Below are positions 1-8,042 of a stretch of 64,000 nucleotides of DNA, piece by piece. The notes under the pieces were generated by a model. It was not told the DNA's origin. It searched no databases and worked only from the letters and a program-made list of their open reading frames with translations. The first letter of the stretch is position 1; each line of letters begins with the position of its first letter. The position numbers and the translations under genes are program-made. The DNA comes from an uncultured virus (IMG/VR IMGVR_UViG_3300042997_001870) (lineage: Duplodnaviria; Heunggongvirae; Uroviricota; Caudoviricetes): the IMG/VR virus record IMGVR_UViG_3300042997_001870. One strand, written 5' to 3'.

Positions 1-77
1 GAGCTTTGGGCTTTGACCCGCATCCGCAACCTTGAGTAGTTGTGTCTAGATTAGTTTCATTAGTCATTATGATTAGA

Positions 78-1040
78 TTATTTCAAAAATGTTTTATCAT
101 CGAACTCCAAATAGTTTTCAAGTAAAGCTGAAAAGGTATTACGGTATTGAATGACAGCCAGATCCTTGGCCTTGGCCTCTACTTCAATATCAAAGCTGAG
201 GTTATAGTTATTTATTTTCTCATAGATGTGATCGGCATGGGAACGAGCAATGACGCTTGGATCCTCAAATGTTTTCTTAGAGCTTGAATAATGAGTTAGT
301 GGAGTATGACCGTGCCATGTAGTATAAGCCAAGCGTAGAGCAGCTTCCTCACTAAGCTCGCCAGTATTGAATCGATGATGATGGAAATCAAAAGTAATTG
401 GCGTGCCGATTTTGAGATAGATTAACCTATACAGATCAGCAACTGAGTATTGTGTTGCTTTGTCGTCGTTTTCGACAACTAGCCTTGATTGGGTATTTGG
501 CTTGAGTCTCTTGAAATTTTCGCAAAAGCGCTGAGCTGCTGACTCCTTGTCACCGTATGTACCACCAACATGAATGTTGATTGGAAAGCTTGGATCGACT
601 GGCAGACCCATAAGATCCATGATTTCGCAGTGCTGATCAAGATCCTTGACTGTTTTGGTAACAACCGCTGGAGTTGGAGAAGGCAGGACATCAAACTGGC
701 CTGGATGCATTGAGAGTCGCATACCGTGCTTGAGCACAAACTCGCCGATTGCCTGCATGTCAGGTAAAATTTCGGCAAAGTTAGGCAGTAATTGAATTTC
801 ATACTCAGACATCCATGGAAAAATATCGCTTGACATACGGTATACATAGATGTCATTTGCTAGATTCCATTCCAGAATTTTAAGAATGTCCTTGATATTT
901 TGATGAGCGAGCTCGCCACAGTAGGCTTGGCCCTTTTCTTGAAAGGTACGTTTGATCATGCCGCGATTGGCAGTTATTCGTTGGTCGGCTAGTGACAAGT
1001 TAATGCAACAGTAGCCAAGTCTTACTTGGTCGTTTATCAT
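78..1040 (-). CDS. uvsE: UV DNA damage endonuclease (UVDE/UvsE)
   Basis: Motifs RLGYCCIN, YRMSSDIFP, RLSMHPGQF, NIHVGG, VVENDD, FDFHHH, HADH, EVEAKAKD. Confidence 0.95.
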   Translation of the reverse strand: MINDQVRLGYCCINLSLADQRITANRGMIKRTFQEKGQAYCGELAHQNIKDILKILEWNLANDIYVYRMSSDIFPWMSEYEIQLLPNFAEILPDMQAIGEFVLKHGMRLSMHPGQFDVLPSPTPAVVTKTVKDLDQHCEIMDLMGLPVDPSFPINIHVGGTYGDKESAAQRFCENFKRLKPNTQSRLVVENDDKATQYSVADLYRLIYLKIGTPITFDFHHHRFNTGELSEEAALRLAYTTWHGHTPLTHYSSSKKTFEDPSVIARSHADHIYEKINNYNLSFDIEVEAKAKDLAVIQYRNTFSALLENYLEFDDKTFLK

Positions 1041-1052
1041 AGTATTAATATA

Positions 1053-1325
1053 CTAAAAGGTCAGATTTACAAGCTGAACTGATAGCCAAATACCTAGATA
1101 CGAACCTGCTACTGATCCAGCAACATAACCCAACCATTGGTGTAGAGAGTCCTCGCTCTTTGCAATCTTACGAATCACAAAGAAATTTAAAGAAGCAATC
1201 GTAAAATCACTGACTGCTGCCAAGTTATAGTGAGCTTCTGATACTGCTCTAAAATTAATACATAGTAATCCATAGAGTATTAATTGAATCCCAAATAGGA
1301 CTGCTGCTTCTTTAAGTTTTATCAT
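1053..1325 (-). CDS. Small membrane protein (about 3 TM helices); start revised to the ATG at 1325
   Basis: Hydrophobic ORF. The longer 1364 start in the track lies inside the adjacent cassette ORF; MIKLKEAAV at 1325 avoids the overlap. Confidence 0.7.
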   Translation of the reverse strand: MIKLKEAAVLFGIQLILYGLLCINFRAVSEAHYNLAAVSDFTIASLNFFVIRKIAKSEDSLHQWLGYVAGSVAGSYLGIWLSVQLVNLTF

Positions 1326-1335
1326 TGGTTGATAG

Positions 1336-1584
1336 TTATGCTCCATTTTGCTTTGCCAACGCACCGTTATACATAGTTTCGAGTTTATCCCAAAATGGAT
1401 GTCCTTTAATAACAGATGAATTTCTATTGTAAGTGTTTATGTAAATAATCGTTCCAACAATATCCACTCTTTCGTAGCAATCATTTTTATCTCTACCTTC
1501 TTCGTTATTTGTCCATTTTACATAAACTCTTGGCTTTGTATCTATAACCAATTTTACGTCTGTTACTTGTCCTTCAAATTCCAT
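1336..1584 (-). CDS. Hypothetical protein (cassette cargo)
   Basis: 82-aa ORF with an A-rich leader; stop codon lies in the cassette boundary GCATAAC. Confidence 0.75.
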   Translation of the reverse strand: MEFEGQVTDVKLVIDTKPRVYVKWTNNEEGRDKNDCYERVDIVGTIIYINTYNRNSSVIKGHPFWDKLETMYNGALAKQNGA

Positions 1585-1725
1585 TTTTGTTTATTTTAAT
1601 TTAATAATTTCGTTAATACCACCCACGCAAAACGAGAGCATAACAACGTGTATATTCAAGTTTGCATCAGCATTTGTGTATAATTTAAAGGTTCTATAAG
1701 CAAACCTGAAATATACACGAAACCG
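1336..1725 (+). mobile_element. Integron-like gene cassette (reverse-oriented 82-aa ORF plus attC-like site) inserted at a GTTAT site
   Basis: GTTAT at both ends (1335-1339 and 1725-1729); attC-like hairpin 1638-1731; left end GTTATGCTCCATTTTGC is near-complementary to GCAAAACGAGAGCATAAC (1627-1644). Confidence 0.65.
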
Positions 1726-1731
1726 TTATAT
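1638..1731 (+). repeat. attC-like imperfect palindrome
   Basis: GCATAAC...CGTGTATATT-CAAGTTTGC...GCAAACCTG-A-AATATACACG...GTTATAT, with one unpaired A at 1709. Confidence 0.7.
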
Positions 1732-2355
1732 CCAAGTTACAAAATTGTAATTACCAGTAACTACTCGAAGTACCTGAACTACATCAATTGCATCTTGTAG
1801 AGCATCATGAGTTACTTCACCTTTAATTTTACAGCGATCCATACACTTCTGCAAATTAGGTAAAGACTCGTCATTCTTCCAGTCCATTAGTAAAATTGCT
1901 GGATCTAAAATTCTTTGTCTCATTTGAATTTGAGAACCCCAGCTTGGTAATTTCTGCAAAAAGACTTTATCAAAGCTTGCGAAATTCTTACCGGCCGCAT
2001 TTATTTTAATTACGGTTGACCCTTCGTCTGCATAGACCGCATTACTTGATAACCACATTGCAAAAGATCTAGCTACTAGATTTACTGGTAGAATATTGTG
2101 CTGCTTACGATACGCAATACGGTCTTCCTTATTTAAGCCTTCCATCTTTGACAGAATTTCAAAAATCCAAGAATTCATTTTTAGAGCAGTTGGCTGGCCG
2201 GTGTATCTGTCATGTTCAACAATACACTGGAATTTTGGAAGTTCTTCTAAACTTACCGGGTAATTAGTGTCTTCAATTACTGCACCGATTTGCAAAATTT
2301 GACAGCTTTCTGGATCTAGCCCAGTTGTTTCAATATCGATAGATACATATTTCAT
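1726..2355 (-). CDS. DEDDh 3'-5' exonuclease
   Basis: SIDIETTGLD, GKNFASFD, HDALQDA motifs. Confidence 0.9.
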   Translation of the reverse strand: MKYVSIDIETTGLDPESCQILQIGAVIEDTNYPVSLEELPKFQCIVEHDRYTGQPTALKMNSWIFEILSKMEGLNKEDRIAYRKQHNILPVNLVARSFAMWLSSNAVYADEGSTVIKINAAGKNFASFDKVFLQKLPSWGSQIQMRQRILDPAILLMDWKNDESLPNLQKCMDRCKIKGEVTHDALQDAIDVVQVLRVVTGNYNFVTWI

Positions 2356-2378
2356 TAGTTCCTTTGGTTATTTTAATG

Positions 2379-2804
2379 TTATAGGTCAAAAGGTAAATCA
2401 TCGTCAGACCAATCGCTCTTAGCAACGGTTGTCGATTTTTTAGGACCAGTGTCAAGGCCTAAGCTGCGAAAAATATCATCATCCTCGTCTTCGTTTGACT
2501 CGGCTGCCTTGCTGATATTTGCTCGTTGTTGACCACTAAGTCGGAAAGCTTCCAATGTATTGAAATACTTGGTTTGACCTGACTTGTCTGTCCAGTCTCT
2601 ACCCTTTACGTCAAATGATACGCTTACTGTATCGCCAACTCCGTATGAGTCAATCATATCGCACTTGTCCTGAACAAGTCCAAATACTATTTTCTGTGGA
2701 TACTTATCTCCACATTCGATTACGAACTCTCTTTTTCGAAAGCCTTTGTTAAATGTTTGTGCGGGAAATACTTCAATGATTATCCCTGTTAGTTCAAATG
2801 CCAT
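2379..2804 (-). CDS. DUF3127-like OB-fold ssDNA-binding protein
   Basis: GFRKREFVI...YPQKI...VSVSFDVKGRDW...YFNTLEAFR with an acidic DDDLPF tail; family typical of Bacteroidota. Confidence 0.85.
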   Translation of the reverse strand: MAFELTGIIIEVFPAQTFNKGFRKREFVIECGDKYPQKIVFGLVQDKCDMIDSYGVGDTVSVSFDVKGRDWTDKSGQTKYFNTLEAFRLSGQQRANISKAAESNEDEDDDIFRSLGLDTGPKKSTTVAKSDWSDDDLPFDL

Positions 2805-2807
2805 ATA

Positions 2808-3287
2808 TTAAAAGTCTGGGTTTGTTATTTTTATATCGTAGTTTGTAAAATTCTCAAAATCAAGTCGGTCAGCTTCAATTCGTCTGTCTACTGAATCGCC
2901 GGGCATGTTACGCAGAGCCATACGCTCGCGTCTAATCTCTTCAGCAATATCAATAAAGATGACAAATGATTTTTTACGTGAGTCCTCGTCCAAATGTGCA
3001 AGGCCAGTAGGAGTCATAATGAACACATGATCATCATCAAATTGATCTCTTGAAGTTCCGTAAATCCATCCATTGAATTCAACGTACTCATAGAACTCAT
3101 CATTCTTAATCATTGCTTGGGCCTCTGCCTGTGAAATGAAAAGGTAATCAACTCCATCTATTTCGCCTTCTCTGGGAGGACGAGTTGTGTAACTAACTGC
3201 ATATCTAAAGCCACGTGCTTCAAATTTCTTGCGAATGTAGTCCTTACCACTGGCTGCTCTGCCAACTAGAATTATTCTTTTATGCAT
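2808..3287 (-). CDS. gmk: Guanylate kinase-like protein
   Basis: P-loop GRAASGKD; SYTTRPPREGEIDGVDYLF; YGT. Confidence 0.9.
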   Translation of the reverse strand: MHKRIILVGRAASGKDYIRKKFEARGFRYAVSYTTRPPREGEIDGVDYLFISQAEAQAMIKNDEFYEYVEFNGWIYGTSRDQFDDDHVFIMTPTGLAHLDEDSRKKSFVIFIDIAEEIRRERMALRNMPGDSVDRRIEADRLDFENFTNYDIKITNPDF

Positions 3288-3293
3288 ATCTAA

Positions 3294-4583
3294 TTAAAAT
3301 TCTCTTTTTTGTCCGTGAATTGCTTTGAATACTGGAAATCTCAATGAGTGTTCTCCATGTTGGTCAGTAGTCTCTTCAAAGAACTGAACAGTTATTGTTT
3401 TACCTAAAATTTCATTTGGGTTTTGATGATAGAACCTTCTTTGTTCTAGATTAAAACCCGATCCAACTCTAACTGTATTGCCTTTGTGTTCAACAATTAC
3501 TGCTTTTAACATTAACTCTTCAACCTCACGACCCATTTCAATAATTCTGTTTACATCAGATTCAAGATCAATTACTACATATTCGGCATCATGCATCTTT
3601 TTAACCTTAAGTAGGCTCTTTGAGCGCTTGCCCTCATAACCAACATCCTTACGTATCATAATTCCTTCGTATCCCATTTCAGTTGCATCAGCTGCAATCT
3701 TTTCAAATTCTTCTCGAGATTTTATTTGAAATTGAGGTAATGGTTCCGCATAGTTTAGACCAGTAACAATTGCATTTAAAATAATTAATCGAGCAGATAG
3801 TGAAACGTCTCCTGCTTTATTATTAAATTCAGACATTTCCAAGAAGTCAAATATGTAATATTTCGGAGACTGAATGACATGCTCTTTACGGCCGATTTCC
3901 TTGATGATACCTTGAAAATCTTCAAGACCGCCATCTTTCATAATACAAACTTCGCCATCTAAAATCTTATTCCTTAAGCCAAGGCGTTTAATATCGTCAG
4001 CCAACACAGAAAGAGTTAAGAACTCATTACCTGCTCTGGAATAGAACTTAGGTTCTCCGTGCTCGTCAATTATTGTAATACATCTAACTCCATCAAGCTT
4101 ACGACTGGCCCACCATTCACCAGAGTCAAAGTTTACCTTTTTCTCATTACCGTCAAACTTCTCAGCTAGGGCAACATCAAAGGTGGGCACCGTACCCGGC
4201 ATTACTGAATTAATTAAGGTAGTGGTTGCTCTGGTCTTTAAGTTACGGTCTATCACATCATAGATCACATCTGCGAACTCTTGATTCTTGGCAATAAAAC
4301 CATTAACCACCTGTATTGCATTGTGACCTGTGATACAGCGTTCATTCAGATCATCAAGTAATTGAAACAAGTCATCGTAACTATCGAAACTTAGATCCTG
4401 ACGCTTCTTTAGATTATCCGAAGTAACATAATACTGCTTGAATGGAGAGTATACATATTCAAATAGCTTGCGTAATACCGGGGTATCATATTTTTTAAGT
4501 ATCTCCTTTTTATCATTAGTTGAAGAAGTTGCTTTCATTTCTTCAATGAATTGTGCAACTGCTTTAAAATCTTGGTTTGTCAT
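3294..4583 (-). CDS. ATP-dependent DNA ligase
   Basis: KLDGVR adenylation motif, LDGE, EGIMIR, LLKVK, VGSGF, LRFPVF. Confidence 0.95.
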   Translation of the reverse strand: MTNQDFKAVAQFIEEMKATSSTNDKKEILKKYDTPVLRKLFEYVYSPFKQYYVTSDNLKKRQDLSFDSYDDLFQLLDDLNERCITGHNAIQVVNGFIAKNQEFADVIYDVIDRNLKTRATTTLINSVMPGTVPTFDVALAEKFDGNEKKVNFDSGEWWASRKLDGVRCITIIDEHGEPKFYSRAGNEFLTLSVLADDIKRLGLRNKILDGEVCIMKDGGLEDFQGIIKEIGRKEHVIQSPKYYIFDFLEMSEFNNKAGDVSLSARLIILNAIVTGLNYAEPLPQFQIKSREEFEKIAADATEMGYEGIMIRKDVGYEGKRSKSLLKVKKMHDAEYVVIDLESDVNRIIEMGREVEELMLKAVIVEHKGNTVRVGSGFNLEQRRFYHQNPNEILGKTITVQFFEETTDQHGEHSLRFPVFKAIHGQKREF

Positions 4584-4589
4584 ACGGTT

Positions 4590-4598
4590 ATTATACTA
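4590..4598 (-). promoter_or_regulatory. TAGTATAAT promoter box upstream of the ligase gene (example of a recurring class)
   Basis: Identical boxes at 5945-5953, 12372-12380, 53177-53185 (all -) and 28997-29005 (+); variants at 1047-1055 and 41495-41503. Confidence 0.65.
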
Positions 4599-4601
4599 AA
4601 C

Positions 4602-4626
4602 AAAAAAAGCCGCTGACGCGGCTTTT
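4602..4626 (-). terminator. Rho-independent terminator
   Basis: AAAAGCCGC-TGAC-GCGGCTTTT hairpin followed by T7 on the minus strand, after the 4647-5240 gene. Confidence 0.85.
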
Positions 4627-4646
4627 AGAAATAATTTGGTATTTAA

Positions 4647-5240
4647 TTAGCTAGGGTTAACTACTGCTTCTTTTGCAAGCTCTGCTTGTTTAGCTTCTTC
4701 AACCTTAAGTTGGTTAATAATTTGATCAAGCTGTTTCATTTCCATTACTGATTGATTTAAGGCAACCGCAATTCTGAAAACGCGCTGAGCTGATTCTAAG
4801 CCTGAGCTTTGGTACTTGTTAAGTAAGATTGCAGCTGCTTCAATTGCAGATGCCTGTACTTGAATAGAACCGTTTGATTCAGAATTCTCAGCTTGTTCTT
4901 GCTCAAAACGAGCAATAGCTGATGAGAAACCAAGGAAACAATTCATTACCATGAAAGCTTCATTTGGACCAGTGAAAGTAAATTTATTGCTACCGCAAGC
5001 ATTCTTTATCCATTTTAGATCGGTTAGGTCTAATGTGATTGAAAAGAATCCTGTTCTGCGATTGATCAATTGATCAAGAGCTGACATTGTTTGAGTAGGT
5101 TCTTGAAAGTCTGGTTCTTCTTGAGTAGGTTCCATGTCTTGAGCAGGTTCCATGTCTTGAGATTCAGTTGCCTCAGTTACAGTTTCTTCAATAACTTCTT
5201 CAACTAATGTGTCAGTTAATAATTCTTGTGAGTTTTCCAT
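4647..5240 (-). CDS. Hypothetical protein with acidic repetitive N-terminus
   Basis: 197-aa ORF with QDMEP/QEEP repeats. Confidence 0.8.
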   Translation of the reverse strand: MENSQELLTDTLVEEVIEETVTEATESQDMEPAQDMEPTQEEPDFQEPTQTMSALDQLINRRTGFFSITLDLTDLKWIKNACGSNKFTFTGPNEAFMVMNCFLGFSSAIARFEQEQAENSESNGSIQVQASAIEAAAILLNKYQSSGLESAQRVFRIAVALNQSVMEMKQLDQIINQLKVEEAKQAELAKEAVVNPS

Positions 5241-5294
5241 TTTAAGTAAAAATTTTGTTGTTTAGATAATTTTACTCAAAATAGTTAATGGGTT

Positions 5295-5759
5295 TTAGGA
5301 AAGTCTATCTAAAATAATTAATTGTGCTTTAGAAACTTTGCCATAGGCTTCTTTAATATTGACAAAACCTGCCCAGTCAACCTCTTCCTTTTGAAGCTGA
5401 GTCTTTGGTACAGCAAGCGAGTCTAGCCCAATTTCTGAAAGATCTTTGATTTTGCACACGAAATAGTGCAGTGCATGTTTTGGATTGCCATTCTTGTCAA
5501 ATACATGAACTGTCTGAATGTCAAGGTCTAATTTATCTGCACTTAATGAGATTCCAGTCTCTTCATTAAGTTCTCTAAGCGCAGCTTCCAATATGTCTTC
5601 GCCCGGTTCAATTCCTCCTTTTGGGATTCCCATGATAGGTTTGACCCAACTGCCGTTGGCTGGATGAACTAAGAGTATTTTTCCATCGTACACAATTGCA
5701 ATACCAGCTGCATCATGAGACTTTGATTCATTCATAAAATCTGAAAATGTTTTAATCAT
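5295..5759 (-). CDS. NUDIX hydrolase with a capsid-targeting-like N-terminus
   Basis: NUDIX box GGIEPGEDILEAALRELNEETG; N-terminus MIKTFSDFMNES. Confidence 0.9.
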   Translation of the reverse strand: MIKTFSDFMNESKSHDAAGIAIVYDGKILLVHPANGSWVKPIMGIPKGGIEPGEDILEAALRELNEETGISLSADKLDLDIQTVHVFDKNGNPKHALHYFVCKIKDLSEIGLDSLAVPKTQLQKEEVDWAGFVNIKEAYGKVSKAQLIILDRLS

Positions 5760-5937
5760 TATTTAGTGATTGACGATACTTTGCATCAAGCACGTCAGTT
5801 CTGCGCTTAACACTTTTCTTAACAAATTCCTTACGTTCACGAAGTTCGCGAACCGTACCAGTTTTTTCAAATTTTCTTTTTAGTACCTTTAGAGCTCGGT
5901 CTAACGATCCATGGTCTTTTACGTTTACTATTAACAT
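5752..5937 (-). CDS. rpsU: Ribosomal protein bS21
   Basis: MLIVNVKD..SLDRALKVLKRKFEKTGTVRELRERKEFVKKSVKRR; Bacteroidota-like sequence with Tyr54. Confidence 0.93.
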   Translation of the reverse strand: MLIVNVKDHGSLDRALKVLKRKFEKTGTVRELRERKEFVKKSVKRRTDVLDAKYRQSLNND

Positions 5938-5945
5938 CGTGAATA

Positions 5946-6944
5946 TTATACTAAAGCTGTTTTGATTGCAGCTACACTTGCTGTGTATGAATTTATATCA
6001 AATCCATATCTGGTGTAAATTCCAGACTCGTAAGTGTTTCCTCTAACTCCAACACACCATTGTATGAAAGGTTGCTTATACGTGGTATTAATATCGTCGG
6101 TTGCGCCGCGAGTGCTCATATCGCTTAATACGCCGCCAGTAGTTCCTCTAATTGCTTCGTACATTCTAGTTAACTGACCAGTTGTGTATTTTGGGGAAAT
6201 TAGCATAAAAAGTCCATGAATTGCATTTTCATCAGTCTCACCAATAAAATCCTCCTGTAGTTTTGTGTTTATTGTCTGCAAAATCATGGTAACTTGCTGA
6301 TCGGTTGCAGCAGATCCAGCATTTTTGTTAGTCTTAGAAATTGAGTCTATTTGAGTTGGCCGATCACCTCCACGTAAAGGACTTACCCATGTTGTAAAAA
6401 CATCTCCATCGCCGACTAAAAATTTACCAGTTGCACGGTTTGCAATAGTTCCATAGAAACCCCCTAATGCTTTACACTTATTAATTTGACTGGTAACCCA
6501 ATCAATGTGAGCCTTAGTCCAAGCTGTTCCAATCTTTTCAATTGATACAGTTATTAGAGCAGCAACAAATTCATTCATTTTACCCTTTGGATCGTATGTT
6601 GCAAGCTTGTCAATGCTAATATTTTGACCAATTGTAGCGGCTGGCGCAGCTACCAGAGACACGGTAACTTTACCATTAGCAATGGTCCAAGTAACTGTAA
6701 CCATTTCAGATTGGTTATCGTGAAGTACTTTTACAGTACCGGTAACCTGACCAGCTTCATGGCCTTTAACTACAGCATCCTGTACCTGCTTCCATTGAGG
6801 AGCATACGTTGATCCTGCAACCTTACCTGATTTTACTTGTTCTAGGGCTTTTGCTGGATCGGCATCAGCTTCGTTTAATGTATTCTCATTAACTTTTGAG
6901 TAGTTAACAAGTTCTAATTGTCTTGCGTAATTTAAAATATTCAT
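5946..6944 (-). CDS. Hypothetical protein, probable internal virion protein
   Basis: 332-aa ORF with N-terminal VNE/LNE motifs resembling prohead protease sites. Confidence 0.65.
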   Translation of the reverse strand: MNILNYARQLELVNYSKVNENTLNEADADPAKALEQVKSGKVAGSTYAPQWKQVQDAVVKGHEAGQVTGTVKVLHDNQSEMVTVTWTIANGKVTVSLVAAPAATIGQNISIDKLATYDPKGKMNEFVAALITVSIEKIGTAWTKAHIDWVTSQINKCKALGGFYGTIANRATGKFLVGDGDVFTTWVSPLRGGDRPTQIDSISKTNKNAGSAATDQQVTMILQTINTKLQEDFIGETDENAIHGLFMLISPKYTTGQLTRMYEAIRGTTGGVLSDMSTRGATDDINTTYKQPFIQWCVGVRGNTYESGIYTRYGFDINSYTASVAAIKTALV

Positions 6945-6960
6945 ATATGGATTTTATTTT

Positions 6961-8019
6961 TTAGCTGAAATCTAGATCGCCCTTAGCTGTTTTTACTTTT
7001 AACGCGGTTGCAGTAGCGGCCGCTGCTGCAGGTTTAGCAGCCGACGTTCCCGCTGCAGGTGCAGCTGGTACCTTAACTTTAGCTATCATTTCTGGTGTAA
7101 CATCTTTTAATGCAGCATCAATCTTTGTAGCTAAGTCTGCAGTAATTTCATTTTCTTCTTTATTTGTACCAACTAGGATACCAATCGCGTTTGCTGTACC
7201 TGATCCGTATTTTCCAACGGCACCACCTTTTGCATTAATCGAATCGGCAGCCGGTCCGCCTTTTGCAATAATTTTCTTTTGTAAGTCTTGAATCTTTTGA
7301 TCAAACGTAGAAGTTCTTTTAATGCCAGTAATTGCAGTAGAACCAGTAGTTGCGGTTTTATTAGTAGTTGGAGCAACCGTTGTAGTATCAGTAGTTGTTG
7401 CAGCTTGGGCAGCCGGCGCAGTAATTGTTCCAGCGTCTACCATAGTTGAAGGAGTTACGTCATCGAATAATTTGTAGCTGCCATTCTTGTTTAGTGCAAT
7501 CTTTGGAGTTTCAATCTTAATCTTAGGAAGATCTTCCGAATTCCATACCATTAATTTGCCAGCGCCGTCAACTGTAGCAGTTGCTCTAGCTGGAGATTTA
7601 GAAAGATCATACATAACTTCAGCATACGTATCAGTAGGGCTGGTTTTCTTAGAATCAAGTCCGCTAGTTGCTTGTTTAGCGTATGGAATAAATGCAATTT
7701 CAGCTTTTGCAACTTCTTTGCCAACTAGATTAGTTTTATTAGATACACCGCTATAAACCACACCAAGTAGGTGAGTAGCAGGGATACCGTTTATTTTACT
7801 TGAATACCATGTCTTAAACTCGCCATTTAACACTAAGTAATTAAGTAGAGATTGAGTTGGATTTGCATTACTAATCGTTTGCTCGTCTCCGCTCTTTAGA
7901 ACAATGCTCCATCTAGCAGTCTCACCTGATTGTGGATCGATTTTCTTAATGTTTGGAGTATCTCGAGCTTCCGTAACTTCTACGGTTTTAAATTCTTCAA
8001 ATGTTTTAACAAATGTCAT
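6961..8019 (-). CDS. Probable internal virion protein with a peptidoglycan-binding-like domain
   Basis: N-terminus MTFVKTFEEF; IQDLQKKII...GKYGSGTANAI resembles PG_binding_1; Ala/Thr linkers. Confidence 0.6.
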   Translation of the reverse strand: MTFVKTFEEFKTVEVTEARDTPNIKKIDPQSGETARWSIVLKSGDEQTISNANPTQSLLNYLVLNGEFKTWYSSKINGIPATHLLGVVYSGVSNKTNLVGKEVAKAEIAFIPYAKQATSGLDSKKTSPTDTYAEVMYDLSKSPARATATVDGAGKLMVWNSEDLPKIKIETPKIALNKNGSYKLFDDVTPSTMVDAGTITAPAAQAATTTDTTTVAPTTNKTATTGSTAITGIKRTSTFDQKIQDLQKKIIAKGGPAADSINAKGGAVGKYGSGTANAIGILVGTNKEENEITADLATKIDAALKDVTPEMIAKVKVPAAPAAGTSAAKPAAAAATATALKVKTAKGDLDFS

Positions 8020-8042
8020 TATCTGTGTAATATTATTTTAAT

